Origin: Candidatus Latescibacterota bacterium
GTDB lineage: Bacteria > Latescibacterota > UBA2968 > UBA8231
Assembly (NCBI GenBank): GCA_965223905.1
Contig: CBDCXV010000010.1
Coordinates: forward strand, 832,001 to 896,000
Direction: 5' to 3'
Length of the DNA: 64,000 nucleotides
Both the position numbers and the translations under genes were made by a program. Within the stretch, counting starts at the first letter, position 1. Each line of letters opens with the position of its first letter. Of this stretch, positions 8,947 to 19,023 are shown piece after piece. The notes under the pieces are model-generated. The model was not told where the DNA came from. It searched no databases and worked only from the letters and a program-made list of their open reading frames with translations.

Positions 8947-10818
8947 TTGCTGATGTACTCGTCTCCCCGCCGAGGATGGCGCGGCTGTTGCTGCGGGTTC
9001 TCGTGCTGGATATGGGGTTCGGTCGTTTTTCTCTCGGGATTCTCCGTGTCCGGGAGCGTTCAGCGGTGGACCTTCGGCGGTGCAGGCGCAAGCTGGCAGG
9101 ACGGGGGGATCATGGAAGCATTGGAGATAACCCCCGGGGCGACTCTGCAACCCGAGTATACCAGCCCGGTTGAGAACCTCGCCGCGACGGCCGCCGCACG
9201 CGGAGGCGGCATCGATACACCGATCCCCACCCTGAAAAGCACCTCGCTGCCGGGAAACCAGCTTTCCAACATGATAGACGGTAATCCCGACGTCGCCTTC
9301 AAGTCCGAACTGAGCAACAACCAGGGTGTGTTCCTGGTGCTGGACCTGGGCGCTTCGCTGGGGGTCAACCGGATCCTGTTCTACACGAGAGACCCCGCAA
9401 ACACGGAAGACTACCCTTTTCTGCAGGGATACAGGCTCTCCGTCAACGACGGCAGGCCGGAGACCCAGAGCCGGGCAGGACCGATCTGGACGGTGGTGGA
9501 CAGAAGGTCCCCCAACAGGTCTCCCCGGGTAGAGGTGGAGTTTCCGCTGCAATTCATCCGCTACATCAAGCTGGAATCCCTCGTTGTCTTCGACTGGGAG
9601 ATCGCGGAATTCGAGGTGTACGGCGAGGGGTTCGCGCCGAATGCGGTCTATACTTCCCAGGTGCTCGAGGTGCCCGGACAAGCCGGCCAACCTGGCGCGG
9701 CAAACTGGGGAAAATTGAGATGGTCCCACATCACCGATCCGGATGCCTCGATAGTCCTTCAGGTCAGGAGTGGTGAGACCGCTGATCCCAATCGGTACTT
9801 TCAGATCGAAGTGGACGACCTTACCCGGGCGCGCACCCTGGAGCCGATCACCAGGGAGGAATACGAGGAACTGGGGGAGACCGACGCCGTCATGGAGGCG
9901 GACCGGGACCACTGGAGCGACTGGTCCGAGCCTCTCCCGCCATCCGGAGAGGAGCAGATAACCGCTCCGGCCCCCCGGTCATACTTCCAGTTCAGAGCCT
10001 TCTTCCAAAGCCGCTCCCTCTCCGCCAAGGCCGAGTTGGGTTCTCTGTCCATCGAGTATTCGGTTCCGCCGCTGGCCCGGGAGATAACGGCTGCGATCTC
10101 TCCTCGCCAAACCCAGGCGGCGATCAGTACTCCGTTCACCTACACACTCGAGGCCGATATCGACCCGGACGCCGGGCACATCGGGTTCGACGCACTCGAG
10201 ATCGCCATGCCTGCCCGGCCCACCTTCGAGGAACTGAGGATCGACGGTCTTCCCATCGCCCTGGATCCCGACCGGGTCACGGCTGCGTCGGACCGGCTTG
10301 TTCTGCTGTTCCCCGAACACCGCGTCGACAGGGACGGAACCCTCCTCGAGGTGGACTTCGATTGCCCGGTATTCTCCTACGGAACTGCGTTCGACGGAAA
10401 GGTGTTCGATACGACGTCCGATGAACTGCCCCAGATCGTCGTGCCGGACGAGACCGTCGACACACGAGCTCTTTCCGTCGAAGTGGTTTTGAAGGAGTGG
10501 ATTCTTGCCTCGGTCCGGGTCCGCTCGAATCCCTTTACGCCCAACGGCGATGGAACCAATGACGCGGCCTTCATTTCCTACTCGATACTGAAAGTCTCGG
10601 AGCCTATTGACGTCTCCGTCCAGGTGTACGATCTGGCCGGTAGAGTGGTGAGGGATCTTTTCTCGGGAAGCGAAGCAAGCGGTGAACATCAGCACCTCTG
10701 GGACGGACGCAACTCCCAGGGAACCCTGGTACCGCCGGGATTCTATATTGGACGAGTCAAGGCGGATGCCTTGGCGATAACCGAACAGAGAAGCACGGGG
10801 ATAATGGTGGTCTATTGA
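8947..10818 (+). CDS. Secreted discoidin/F5-8-like protein with FlgD-Ig/CHU_C (T9SS type B-like) C-terminal domain; start uncertain
   Basis: MIDGNP, LVLDLG, IAEFEVYG; C-terminal NPFTPNGDGTND...VYDLAGRVVR...WDGRN...PGFY. Confidence 0.85.
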   Translation: MLMYSSPRRGWRGCCCGFSCWIWGSVVFLSGFSVSGSVQRWTFGGAGASWQDGGIMEALEITPGATLQPEYTSPVENLAATAAARGGGIDTPIPTLKSTSLPGNQLSNMIDGNPDVAFKSELSNNQGVFLVLDLGASLGVNRILFYTRDPANTEDYPFLQGYRLSVNDGRPETQSRAGPIWTVVDRRSPNRSPRVEVEFPLQFIRYIKLESLVVFDWEIAEFEVYGEGFAPNAVYTSQVLEVPGQAGQPGAANWGKLRWSHITDPDASIVLQVRSGETADPNRYFQIEVDDLTRARTLEPITREEYEELGETDAVMEADRDHWSDWSEPLPPSGEEQITAPAPRSYFQFRAFFQSRSLSAKAELGSLSIEYSVPPLAREITAAISPRQTQAAISTPFTYTLEADIDPDAGHIGFDALEIAMPARPTFEELRIDGLPIALDPDRVTAASDRLVLLFPEHRVDRDGTLLEVDFDCPVFSYGTAFDGKVFDTTSDELPQIVVPDETVDTRALSVEVVLKEWILASVRVRSNPFTPNGDGTNDAAFISYSILKVSEPIDVSVQVYDLAGRVVRDLFSGSEASGEHQHLWDGRNSQGTLVPPGFYIGRVKADALAITEQRSTGIMVVY

Positions 10819-13226
10819 AAACGATTGCGAACATTCTCGGTTCTCTGCTGCTCGGGTTCGTCCTCATCGCTCTCGACACCGCCGTGTCATCCGGAGCGGA
10901 ACTGGTTTTCGAAGCCGATAGGATCGGCTCTGAATGGCGGTCTCCCCCGGGCACCTTCGTCCTTTCCCAAGGGGAGATTCGTCCCGCCTACATCCGGGGC
11001 GAACGGGATTCTGTAAACGCCGCCGCCAACGCCGAAGGTTTCGTCGCCGAGAGGGACAGGGATGGCAATCCCACCCGGTTCGGGGGCATCTTCGTCCCCG
11101 ATTGGGTAACGGTTCTGCCATCCAATTTCGAAGAGCTGCCGGTTATCATGGACGGAGACCGCAGCACGGCCTGGGCTCCGTCAGGTGACGATCCCCTCAG
11201 CACGTGGTGGCTGCTGATAGATCTCGGGCGTGCGGTCCGGGCAACCAAGGTACGCCTCGTGTTCGCCGAAGACGGGCCACCCTTCGAGATGTTCGAACTC
11301 TACAAGTCGACCGGTCAGCAGGCCTTCACCAAGAGGTCGGGCGTGCTGGATTTCAGGACCATACACCGCTCGACCCGGCCAAACTTCGATCACGTCCTGT
11401 CCTACGAGGTGGAAGAGCAGCCGGTGCGCTATCTGTACCTGCAGGCCATGGAAAAGACAGAAGGCGCGAAAGTTGCCGAGCTGGAGGTGTTCACCCTGGG
11501 CGACAACATCGCCCTGGGCGTTCAGGACCGCGGTGGACTGGCGCGCAGCGTTGCCTCCCGGGGGGGGGGGTTGGCCGAGAACATCGAGGTCTGGGAGATG
11601 GTGGACGGAGATTACCTGACCTTCTTCAATCTCAGCACCCCCGCCTACAACAACTGGTGGCAGTGGGAGTCCAAGGGATGGTTCCACCTGGATCTTGGCA
11701 ACCTCTTCTGGGTAGACCTGGTGCGCATCGTGCAGCAGCACGAGCTCTACAGCTCCAGGTTTCACCCCCTGCAGAGCTACGTGCTCTACGCGTCGGACGC
11801 TTCCCCGGCGCCGCCTGGATCCGGAGGCATACTCGGGCCGTTCCTGTCTCCTTTGGTGGGAGACTTCGTTTGGTGGGAAGTCGGGAATCTTTCCAGGAAC
11901 CCGCCCGAAGGTGAGACCCAGCAGAGATTCCTGTTCGAGGAACGGCTTTCGCCGCAACCGGTCCGCCACATTTTTCTGAGCCATCGCAACCTCTTCGGCG
12001 GCAGCGGCATCGGAATGATCGCCAACATCGGAGAGTTTCAGGTGTACGGCCGGGGGTTCCTCCCGGAGATAGTGCTCACCTCGGGCTTCATAGACATGGG
12101 CGCAGTACGGAACATCACGGAAATCTCATGGGATGGCGACGTTCCTCCTGGCACCAGGATACAGTTCAGGAGCCGGACGGGGGAGGAATTCCGTTGGGAG
12201 GTCACCTACTGGAAGAAACTGGGGGCCAACATCAGGAACAAGGAAGTGACCAAGGAGGAATGGGAGGCATTCTCCGCCACCAGGAAAGGTGCCGTGGACA
12301 GCACGGTGGTCCTTGAGGGCTGGAGTCCCTGGAGTCAACCCTACCTCGCGCCCGGGGAGACCTTCGTCTCGCCGAGCCCGAGAAAGTTCGCTCAGCTCGA
12401 TGCCCGGCTCATCACCTCGGATCCCGACGCTCGAGCTTCGTTGCAGCGTGTGAGGCTGATTCACCGGGACCCGGTCGCCGCCGCCCTGGTCGGTGAGATC
12501 CATCCCAGGCGCGCCCTCCCGGGCGTGGAAGAAGTGTTCACCTACCATATCAAGCCGCAGATATCTGCCGGCAACCAGGAATTCGACGATATACTGATCC
12601 TGCCCCCTTCCTCGGCCACGCTCCTCGACGTATTGATAAGCGGAACTTCGGTGGGCGACGCGATAGAAGTGATGCCAGCAGGCGAAGACTCGCTGTGGAT
12701 TCGCCTGCCCTCGGCACTGGATCGCCAGGCCGCATCCAACGACCCCGATCTGGCGGTCGAGGTCGTGTTGGCGACCAGGGTGTTTGCGAACGGGACGCTG
12801 ATCGAGTCTTTCGCAGGCAACTCCGCCAGCCCCGGCTCCTGGCAGCGCGTGGACCCCAAAGACGGCAGGTTCGAGAACCTGACCGTCCTGCTGCCCTACA
12901 GTGAGGTAAGGGTGCTCGGGGATATCAGCATTGTTCCGTCCACGTTGACTCCCAATGGCGATGGGGTCAATGACGCCACCGCGATAACCTTCACCCTTTT
13001 CCAGATCGACCAGTCAAGTCCCGCGACCGTGACGATTTTCGACGTCGGCGGACGGACGATCAGAAACATGCGCCATCAGGGTGCCAGCGGCGTCAACCGA
13101 ATCGTCTGGGACGGCTCCGACGAATCGGGAGAGATCGCGCTTCCCGGTACGTATATATGTCGCGTCGACATCGACACCGACAGCGGCACCAGGACTGCCG
13201 TCCGAAGCATCGCCTTGGCCTACTGA
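10815..13226 (+). CDS. Secreted protein with two discoidin-like domains and a FlgD-Ig/CHU_C C-terminal domain
   Basis: Signal peptide; MDGD..LIDLG..AELEV and VDGD..HLDLG..GEFQVYG; C-terminal TPNGDGVND...WDGSD...PGTY. Confidence 0.87.
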   Translation: MKTIANILGSLLLGFVLIALDTAVSSGAELVFEADRIGSEWRSPPGTFVLSQGEIRPAYIRGERDSVNAAANAEGFVAERDRDGNPTRFGGIFVPDWVTVLPSNFEELPVIMDGDRSTAWAPSGDDPLSTWWLLIDLGRAVRATKVRLVFAEDGPPFEMFELYKSTGQQAFTKRSGVLDFRTIHRSTRPNFDHVLSYEVEEQPVRYLYLQAMEKTEGAKVAELEVFTLGDNIALGVQDRGGLARSVASRGGGLAENIEVWEMVDGDYLTFFNLSTPAYNNWWQWESKGWFHLDLGNLFWVDLVRIVQQHELYSSRFHPLQSYVLYASDASPAPPGSGGILGPFLSPLVGDFVWWEVGNLSRNPPEGETQQRFLFEERLSPQPVRHIFLSHRNLFGGSGIGMIANIGEFQVYGRGFLPEIVLTSGFIDMGAVRNITEISWDGDVPPGTRIQFRSRTGEEFRWEVTYWKKLGANIRNKEVTKEEWEAFSATRKGAVDSTVVLEGWSPWSQPYLAPGETFVSPSPRKFAQLDARLITSDPDARASLQRVRLIHRDPVAAALVGEIHPRRALPGVEEVFTYHIKPQISAGNQEFDDILILPPSSATLLDVLISGTSVGDAIEVMPAGEDSLWIRLPSALDRQAASNDPDLAVEVVLATRVFANGTLIESFAGNSASPGSWQRVDPKDGRFENLTVLLPYSEVRVLGDISIVPSTLTPNGDGVNDATAITFTLFQIDQSSPATVTIFDVGGRTIRNMRHQGASGVNRIVWDGSDESGEIALPGTYICRVDIDTDSGTRTAVRSIALAY
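11560..11570 (+). repeat. G11 homopolymer inside the CDS
   Basis: Eleven consecutive G (CGG GGG GGG GGG, encoding RGGG). Confidence 0.9.
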
Positions 13227-13280
13227 ATCGGGGCCGTCCGGATCGAACGTGGTCCCCTAATCGCGTCAGGGAGGGATGTT

Positions 13281-15830
13281 ATGAGGAAAACCGCCCGGGT
13301 ATTTCTGACTGGGTTTGCCTTTCTTTCACAGTCCGCCGCATTCCGCGCGGAGGCCCAGCAGCCGGAGACTTACTTTGCCGACGTTCCCATCCGGCTCGAG
13401 ACCCTCGACCCTGTTGTAAAGAAGGATTATCGCCTGCAGGATCTCTACTATCAGTATCAGTACGAGCCGTGGCGGTTCACCAACTACGCCCGGGACCACT
13501 ACCAGAGATACACGAGTGTCGACCTGGAGGGCGAGACGTGGTACGATGTCTTCGGCACGTACATCACCAGGGGTTTCGCGCTCTACTCCTGGAGCCAGAC
13601 GCAACCCCAGGCATTCGGCAGCGACGTTTTCAAACGGCACCAGTACGGAAGCTGGTTCAACAACCTCGTGGTCGCGAGTGACCGCAAGGGCCAATACCAC
13701 ATGGCCCTCACGGTCGGGGACGAGATTCGCACCACCCTCACCCCGCTGACCTTTTCGAAGCCTTCCTTCAGCGGCTTGCAGTGGGATTTCCTGTCGGACA
13801 AATACGAGCTCACCGCCCTGGCATCCCGCGTCAGCAGCCCCGGGTTCGCCGCGCAGTTTCGCGAACAGAAGGAAGGCCAGACCCTGACCTCCCTGGTCAA
13901 CCTCTTCGGCGGCCGCGGCACGGTACAGCTGGGCGACTTCGTCAAGGCCGGAGCCACCTACGTCAATGCGCAGGTAAACCGCACCGACCAGGCCTTTTAC
14001 GACAAAGGTCTGATCGAGGGGCAGTTGAGCTCTGATCAGAACCGCGACCTGATCAGGCGGATCACCATTCGCATCAGCGACCATTCACCCGGGGACGGCA
14101 AGGGAGGGGGCAGGCTGTTCTCGGAGAGGGTGTATTTGACGAGAGAGGACGAACCGCGGGCGCGCGAGGACGTCCGTCCGCTGGTCCAGGGTGGACTCAG
14201 GCGGGGCGGGGCCCTGGCCGCCGACGGCGGCGAGACCATCGAGCTGACCTACACCCTGCCGGAGCCGGAGAATATCAGGGAAATCGAGTTCGAGCTGGTG
14301 GTTTCCAACGACTACGTGATCGAGGTCACTTCCAATCTGCAGGAGCCCTTCTTCCTTCCGGTGGCTCAGGCGCGGGGGAACGTAACCGACGGATCCAACC
14401 AGACGGTGGTGCGCTTCGACTACGGTCTGCCCACCGCCCACGAGGTGGCAGGTCTGACTCTCGAGGTGAAAGACCTTCTGGGCATCCGGATGACCGGCGA
14501 GTACGACATCAGCCGCAGACGCAGGAAATCGCCCAATCCGAACTTTGCGTTTCACGGGAGCTCATTGATCAAGTCGAAGGCGTGGTACGGGGACCTCAGC
14601 TGGAATCGCTATCCCTATTTCGCCAGGGGAGAGGCGTTTTCCATCGAGCCCGAGTACCAGACAAGGATGTTCATCACCAACGAAATCGGCGTAATCAACT
14701 ACGACAACCCATCCCAGCACCTCTTCGAGTTCGTCGACGACAACGACGACGCCGACCGCACTCCCGACTGGAACCGAAGGTTCTCGGAACGCGACAACGA
14801 CGGCATCTTCCCCGGCTGGGACGAGAACAACGATTTCCGGCCGGACATCAATCGGAACACGAACAAGATACCGGACTACGAAGAGCCGTTTCTTCGGTAT
14901 TCGGTCGACCCCCCCGAATTCCTCTTCGGCGTCGACATGAACAACAACACCATCATCGATCGCTTCGAAGACGACGAGATGCCCGACTACCCCTACAAGC
15001 CGGATCACCACGGGTACAACGCCTACATCGGGACTGAAATCGTGCCCGACGTTCGCCTCCTCGTCGGCAGATCGCATGAAGAGCTCTGGTCGACCGACGA
15101 ACGCGCACGGGCGACCTACGCCCTGTTGACCGCCGAGAGGGTATTCCCCGGTCTTGGAAAGCTGAGAGTGTCCGAGCGAACGAAATTGGCGAAAGACGAC
15201 CTTCGGGACAACGTGCTTCAGTGGGTGCAGAGGAGGGGCACGTTCGGCCAGGACCGCGTCCTGCAGAAAGATCCCCTCGTGGCCCAGGACACCTGGATCA
15301 ATACAACCTTCCTGGGCTTCGACTACACCCGGATTTCCAATTTCAACAGTATCAACATCGTCAAGTACGAGTTCTACGATCAAAGGGACCCTGCCGAGGA
15401 CATGGCGGACCTGTCCCGGTTTCTGGGAATCATCAACAAGGCGGATTACACCTTGTCATTCAAAGGCCTGGAAATCCGACCCAAGATCAAGAGCATGTAC
15501 CGGTACCGGACACCCTTCATGAAGAACGAAAAGGATGTCAACGAGCTCACCGAGTTCCTGTCCATCGAGACCGACATTCCGGTGCTGAGCCGGTCCCGGC
15601 TGCAATTGGGCGTGGAGCAGGTCTTTTTCAACGATTGGACCGACGAGCAAAATTTCAACTCCCGAACCCTCGCCATGCAGTTCTCCAACTTCACCGCCTA
15701 TCTGGGATATGCAGTGACGACCAATGTCGGATTCTTGGTGGAGAACAGAAACTTCAGGGGTGCCTTCGAGGGCCGCCCCAGCGAGCGATTCACGAACGCA
15801 TTCATCAACATTTTCGCGGGTCTGGAATAG
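13281..15830 (+). CDS. Large exported protein, probable outer-membrane beta-barrel with acidic Ca-binding-like loop
   Basis: Signal peptide ending AEA; alternating beta-strand patterns; DDNDDAD/DNDG/DENND/DMNNN motifs; ends FINIFAGLE. Confidence 0.75.
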   Translation: MRKTARVFLTGFAFLSQSAAFRAEAQQPETYFADVPIRLETLDPVVKKDYRLQDLYYQYQYEPWRFTNYARDHYQRYTSVDLEGETWYDVFGTYITRGFALYSWSQTQPQAFGSDVFKRHQYGSWFNNLVVASDRKGQYHMALTVGDEIRTTLTPLTFSKPSFSGLQWDFLSDKYELTALASRVSSPGFAAQFREQKEGQTLTSLVNLFGGRGTVQLGDFVKAGATYVNAQVNRTDQAFYDKGLIEGQLSSDQNRDLIRRITIRISDHSPGDGKGGGRLFSERVYLTREDEPRAREDVRPLVQGGLRRGGALAADGGETIELTYTLPEPENIREIEFELVVSNDYVIEVTSNLQEPFFLPVAQARGNVTDGSNQTVVRFDYGLPTAHEVAGLTLEVKDLLGIRMTGEYDISRRRRKSPNPNFAFHGSSLIKSKAWYGDLSWNRYPYFARGEAFSIEPEYQTRMFITNEIGVINYDNPSQHLFEFVDDNDDADRTPDWNRRFSERDNDGIFPGWDENNDFRPDINRNTNKIPDYEEPFLRYSVDPPEFLFGVDMNNNTIIDRFEDDEMPDYPYKPDHHGYNAYIGTEIVPDVRLLVGRSHEELWSTDERARATYALLTAERVFPGLGKLRVSERTKLAKDDLRDNVLQWVQRRGTFGQDRVLQKDPLVAQDTWINTTFLGFDYTRISNFNSINIVKYEFYDQRDPAEDMADLSRFLGIINKADYTLSFKGLEIRPKIKSMYRYRTPFMKNEKDVNELTEFLSIETDIPVLSRSRLQLGVEQVFFNDWTDEQNFNSRTLAMQFSNFTAYLGYAVTTNVGFLVENRNFRGAFEGRPSERFTNAFINIFAGLE

Positions 15831-15834
15831 GGGC

Positions 15835-17835
15835 GTGACCAGCGGTGGCAGAAAACGAACCCTGGCCCTGTTTCTGAGCGCCTTCGTCTCCGCATCTGCG
15901 AGCGGGGAGCAATGGGTCGTAGGCAACCAGCAACACCCCTGGGAGGAATGGGGCGGTGAAATGGCTCAGAGCCTGAGAAAGGGAGGAAAGGAACTCCAGG
16001 ACGAATGGGTCGATTGGGTCGGATTGGGGTTCCAGCAGGCAGGTCAGGAAGCGATTGTCGCCAGGATCGACGCGACCACGGATCCAGGCTGGCTGCAGCC
16101 GGTCCGGATAGATCCATCGATCAATCTGTCCTTCGGGCTCGCGCAACGCTCTCTCCGGGCGAAACCCATCTCCGACCGAGGCCACTTCGGGGAAGCTGCC
16201 CGCACCCTGCCCGGCCCGATCCCCGCCCCTCTGAATGCCATCGATGGCGATGCCGGAACTTTCATCTACAACAGGTCCGGGGTGGAGTTCAAAAACCACC
16301 AGACACTGTATTTCGATCTGGCCTGGCCCTTTCCGGTCAACCGCGTTCGCTTCTATCCCCGAACCGGATTCGAGCTCTTCTATATCCCCGCCTATACTTT
16401 CGTGATCAGCGAGGGGGATCCCGAAGATTATGTGCCGCTAAAAAGGGATCCGACCGGATACGACCTCTGGGATCAGGGCGTCAGGACATGGTCGACCGTC
16501 GCCGAGGTACCGATCAACACGGAAAGCGTTGTGGACCTGCACTTCCCCAGGCAATACGTGCGCTACCTCTCTCTCCAGGACACGCTCACCTCCGAAGACG
16601 CGAAGACGCGCTGGGAGATCGCGGAGTTCGAAGTATACGGGGAGGGCTACCTGCCGGGCTTCACCTACACCTCTGCAATACTCCCCTTTGAGAATGCGGC
16701 CAACTGGGGCGGACTGCACTGGCATGCCGAGGTCGACCCGGGAGCTTCCTTGAGCCTCCGGACACGAACCGGGCAGACTCCCAACCCCTACCGGTATTAC
16801 ATCAACACGGGCATAGGGCCGACAGGGCGGCAGGAAGTCACCCGGGAGGAATATCGCGCCACCGCGGACGACTTCAACCGGAAAGCGCTTGCAGGTCTGG
16901 TGACCGAGGATACCGACAACTGGAGTTTCTGGTCCCTGCCCTACACCGAAAGCGGTCAGACGATCGTGTCACCGGCGCCAGCGAGGTTCTTCCAGTTCGA
17001 GCTCTCCGTCACATCCACGCCCGATGCCCGGGCACGCGTCGATTCCGTGGTGATCGAGTTCTCCAGTCCTCCCGTGGCACAGGAGTTGGTGGGAGAGCTG
17101 GGGTACGGAGAAGTTCAGCCCGGCCGCTGGGAGCAGTTCCGCTACGCCATTCTGGCGCGCTTCGGGCCTGCGGATACGGGGTTCGACGCCGTTCGGATCG
17201 TCACGCCCGAGGAGGTGGACGAAGCCTCGATCCGCAACTTGGTGGTGGACGGCACGGCTGCGTCACCGGACTCCCTGCATCTGGCGGCCGACGGGTTTAC
17301 CCTCTTCCTGCCCGAGCACCGCGGTCCATCCGGCGGGGTCGACAGCACCCTTGTCGAGATCTCGTTCGCCACGCGCCTGTACGTCCACGGGACCAACCTG
17401 TCAGGCTCCGTCTTCGACAGCAGGACGCCGGAGGCGCTGGCTCAGGGCATTCTACCCGGTGACGCCACCGCGGCGCTGGACATCGACAACCTGCAAGTGG
17501 AGTGGGAACTGGGAGGGGCCCTGCTGGGTTCGGCGGTCGCAGCGCCCAATCCGTTTACGCCCAACGGGGACGGCGTCAACGATCGAGTGCAGATCGACTA
17601 CGGCCTGTTCCAGGTGGACCATGCAATACCCGTGACATTCACGGTCTATGACCTGAGCGGACGCGCGGTGTATGCGGTGACCCGAAGCGAGCAAAGCGGG
17701 CCCGGGTCCATACGCTGGGAGGGAACCGACGGGGCGGGCGCTCTCGTGTCGCCAGGTCTCTATGTGTGGCAGATCAAGGCCGATACGGGGGCAGGCGAAT
17801 TCGTGGAAAGCGGATTTGTTTCAGTTGCGTATTGA
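15835..17835 (+). CDS. Third discoidin-like protein with FlgD-Ig/CHU_C C-terminal domain
   Basis: GTG at 15835, signal peptide; AIDGD, FDLA, WEIAEFEVYGEG, NWGGLHW, PNPFTPNGDGVND, PGLY. Confidence 0.87.
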   Translation: MTSGGRKRTLALFLSAFVSASASGEQWVVGNQQHPWEEWGGEMAQSLRKGGKELQDEWVDWVGLGFQQAGQEAIVARIDATTDPGWLQPVRIDPSINLSFGLAQRSLRAKPISDRGHFGEAARTLPGPIPAPLNAIDGDAGTFIYNRSGVEFKNHQTLYFDLAWPFPVNRVRFYPRTGFELFYIPAYTFVISEGDPEDYVPLKRDPTGYDLWDQGVRTWSTVAEVPINTESVVDLHFPRQYVRYLSLQDTLTSEDAKTRWEIAEFEVYGEGYLPGFTYTSAILPFENAANWGGLHWHAEVDPGASLSLRTRTGQTPNPYRYYINTGIGPTGRQEVTREEYRATADDFNRKALAGLVTEDTDNWSFWSLPYTESGQTIVSPAPARFFQFELSVTSTPDARARVDSVVIEFSSPPVAQELVGELGYGEVQPGRWEQFRYAILARFGPADTGFDAVRIVTPEEVDEASIRNLVVDGTAASPDSLHLAADGFTLFLPEHRGPSGGVDSTLVEISFATRLYVHGTNLSGSVFDSRTPEALAQGILPGDATAALDIDNLQVEWELGGALLGSAVAAPNPFTPNGDGVNDRVQIDYGLFQVDHAIPVTFTVYDLSGRAVYAVTRSEQSGPGSIRWEGTDGAGALVSPGLYVWQIKADTGAGEFVESGFVSVAY

Positions 17836-17850
17836 CCCAGGAGCAGTGTC

Positions 17851-18243
17851 ATGAAAAGAATGCTCACCGTTCTCGCAGCGTTGGGTTTCGCGGCATCCCA
17901 TCCCGGCTGCGGAGCCACCGGGACCGGCATCGGCACCGCGAAGACCGGGATCCTTTTCATCAACGAATCGAACAGGGATGTCGATGTCACCATCGAAGGG
18001 TGTGACGAGTTCTTCCTGCCGGCGAGGCGAGGCAACACCTCGAGTCGGTACACAGCACGCTGCGAGTCGACGGAGGACGTGGTGTGGACGGTGCGCGCCC
18101 ATGGCGAGTGGGTGAAAAGGCCGGGGACTCCTCCCGTCATGGGCTCGCACGAGCACTTCGCCACCGCCAGGTCAGGCGACACCGTCTACGTCAGGAATTC
18201 CCACGCCATATTCGGTCTGCACGTGATCAGCGACGAGGAGTGA
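17851..18243 (+). CDS. Small probable lipoprotein, hypothetical
   Basis: AGGAG RBS, signal peptide with PGC. Confidence 0.65.
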   Translation: MKRMLTVLAALGFAASHPGCGATGTGIGTAKTGILFINESNRDVDVTIEGCDEFFLPARRGNTSSRYTARCESTEDVVWTVRAHGEWVKRPGTPPVMGSHEHFATARSGDTVYVRNSHAIFGLHVISDEE

Positions 18244-18261
18244 CCGCCTTGAACCACCCCC

Positions 18262-19023
18262 CTACACCAGTTCGTACTCCATGTAGCACTCCGGCGTGTT
18301 CAAATCGCCGTCGCGCGGCGGCTGCCGCGTCCAGTTCGCCTGCCGCACGCTTGCCCGCTGATCGATGAGCTGACGTCGCAGCAGGACCATCCGCAACAGG
18401 TCCCCTTTCTTCAGGGAGGCCGCCCCCTCCTCGGCGAGCCACTTCAACCCCGCCCAGGGCATCGCGATCTCGGCGTACCAGCCCCGGTCGATGTCGCTGC
18501 GGTCATCGAGCGTGCCCTCCACCTGCACCGCGGCGCGCAGTCCCGGAATCTCCCAGGGTGAGAAACACCAGCGCATGCCGCGCCGGTGGTGGGGGCCGCC
18601 GTCGCCTCCGAGCACCGATGGCCGCTGCCGCCCGAGGTCGAACTCCGGCACGTCGTAGCGACCGCCCCGGCGATAGGCATCCTTGAAGATGAAAAAGGCC
18701 GCCGACGTGGCCCCGCGGGGGTTGACGGCGACCCGGCAATGGGCGTCGGAACCCGCAAGGAGGATTTCACAGCAGTTTTCCTGCCATCCCAAAGGGCCGG
18801 GCCGTTCCCCGGTGCTGCAGACATCCCGGTCTTCGAGCCAGAAAGCGGCGTAGAGGTTGTCTGCGTCCCACATCAACGCCGCCCGGGTGTCGAACAGGGT
18901 CTGCCTTCGTCCCGTGGCGATATCGCCGAAGCGTGGAGAACGCTCCACCCCGGACCACGCCTCCTTTTCGAGCCGGCCGTCGATGTCGATCGGTCCCGGG
19001 GCCCGCTGAATGCGCTCACTCAT
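18262..19023 (-). CDS. CBM9-like domain protein
   Basis: IDIDGRLEKEAW, WDADNLY, GWYAEIAMPW; paralog of the adjacent gene; start ATG 19023. Confidence 0.8.
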   Translation of the reverse strand: MSERIQRAPGPIDIDGRLEKEAWSGVERSPRFGDIATGRRQTLFDTRAALMWDADNLYAAFWLEDRDVCSTGERPGPLGWQENCCEILLAGSDAHCRVAVNPRGATSAAFFIFKDAYRRGGRYDVPEFDLGRQRPSVLGGDGGPHHRRGMRWCFSPWEIPGLRAAVQVEGTLDDRSDIDRGWYAEIAMPWAGLKWLAEEGAASLKKGDLLRMVLLRRQLIDQRASVRQANWTRQPPRDGDLNTPECYMEYELV

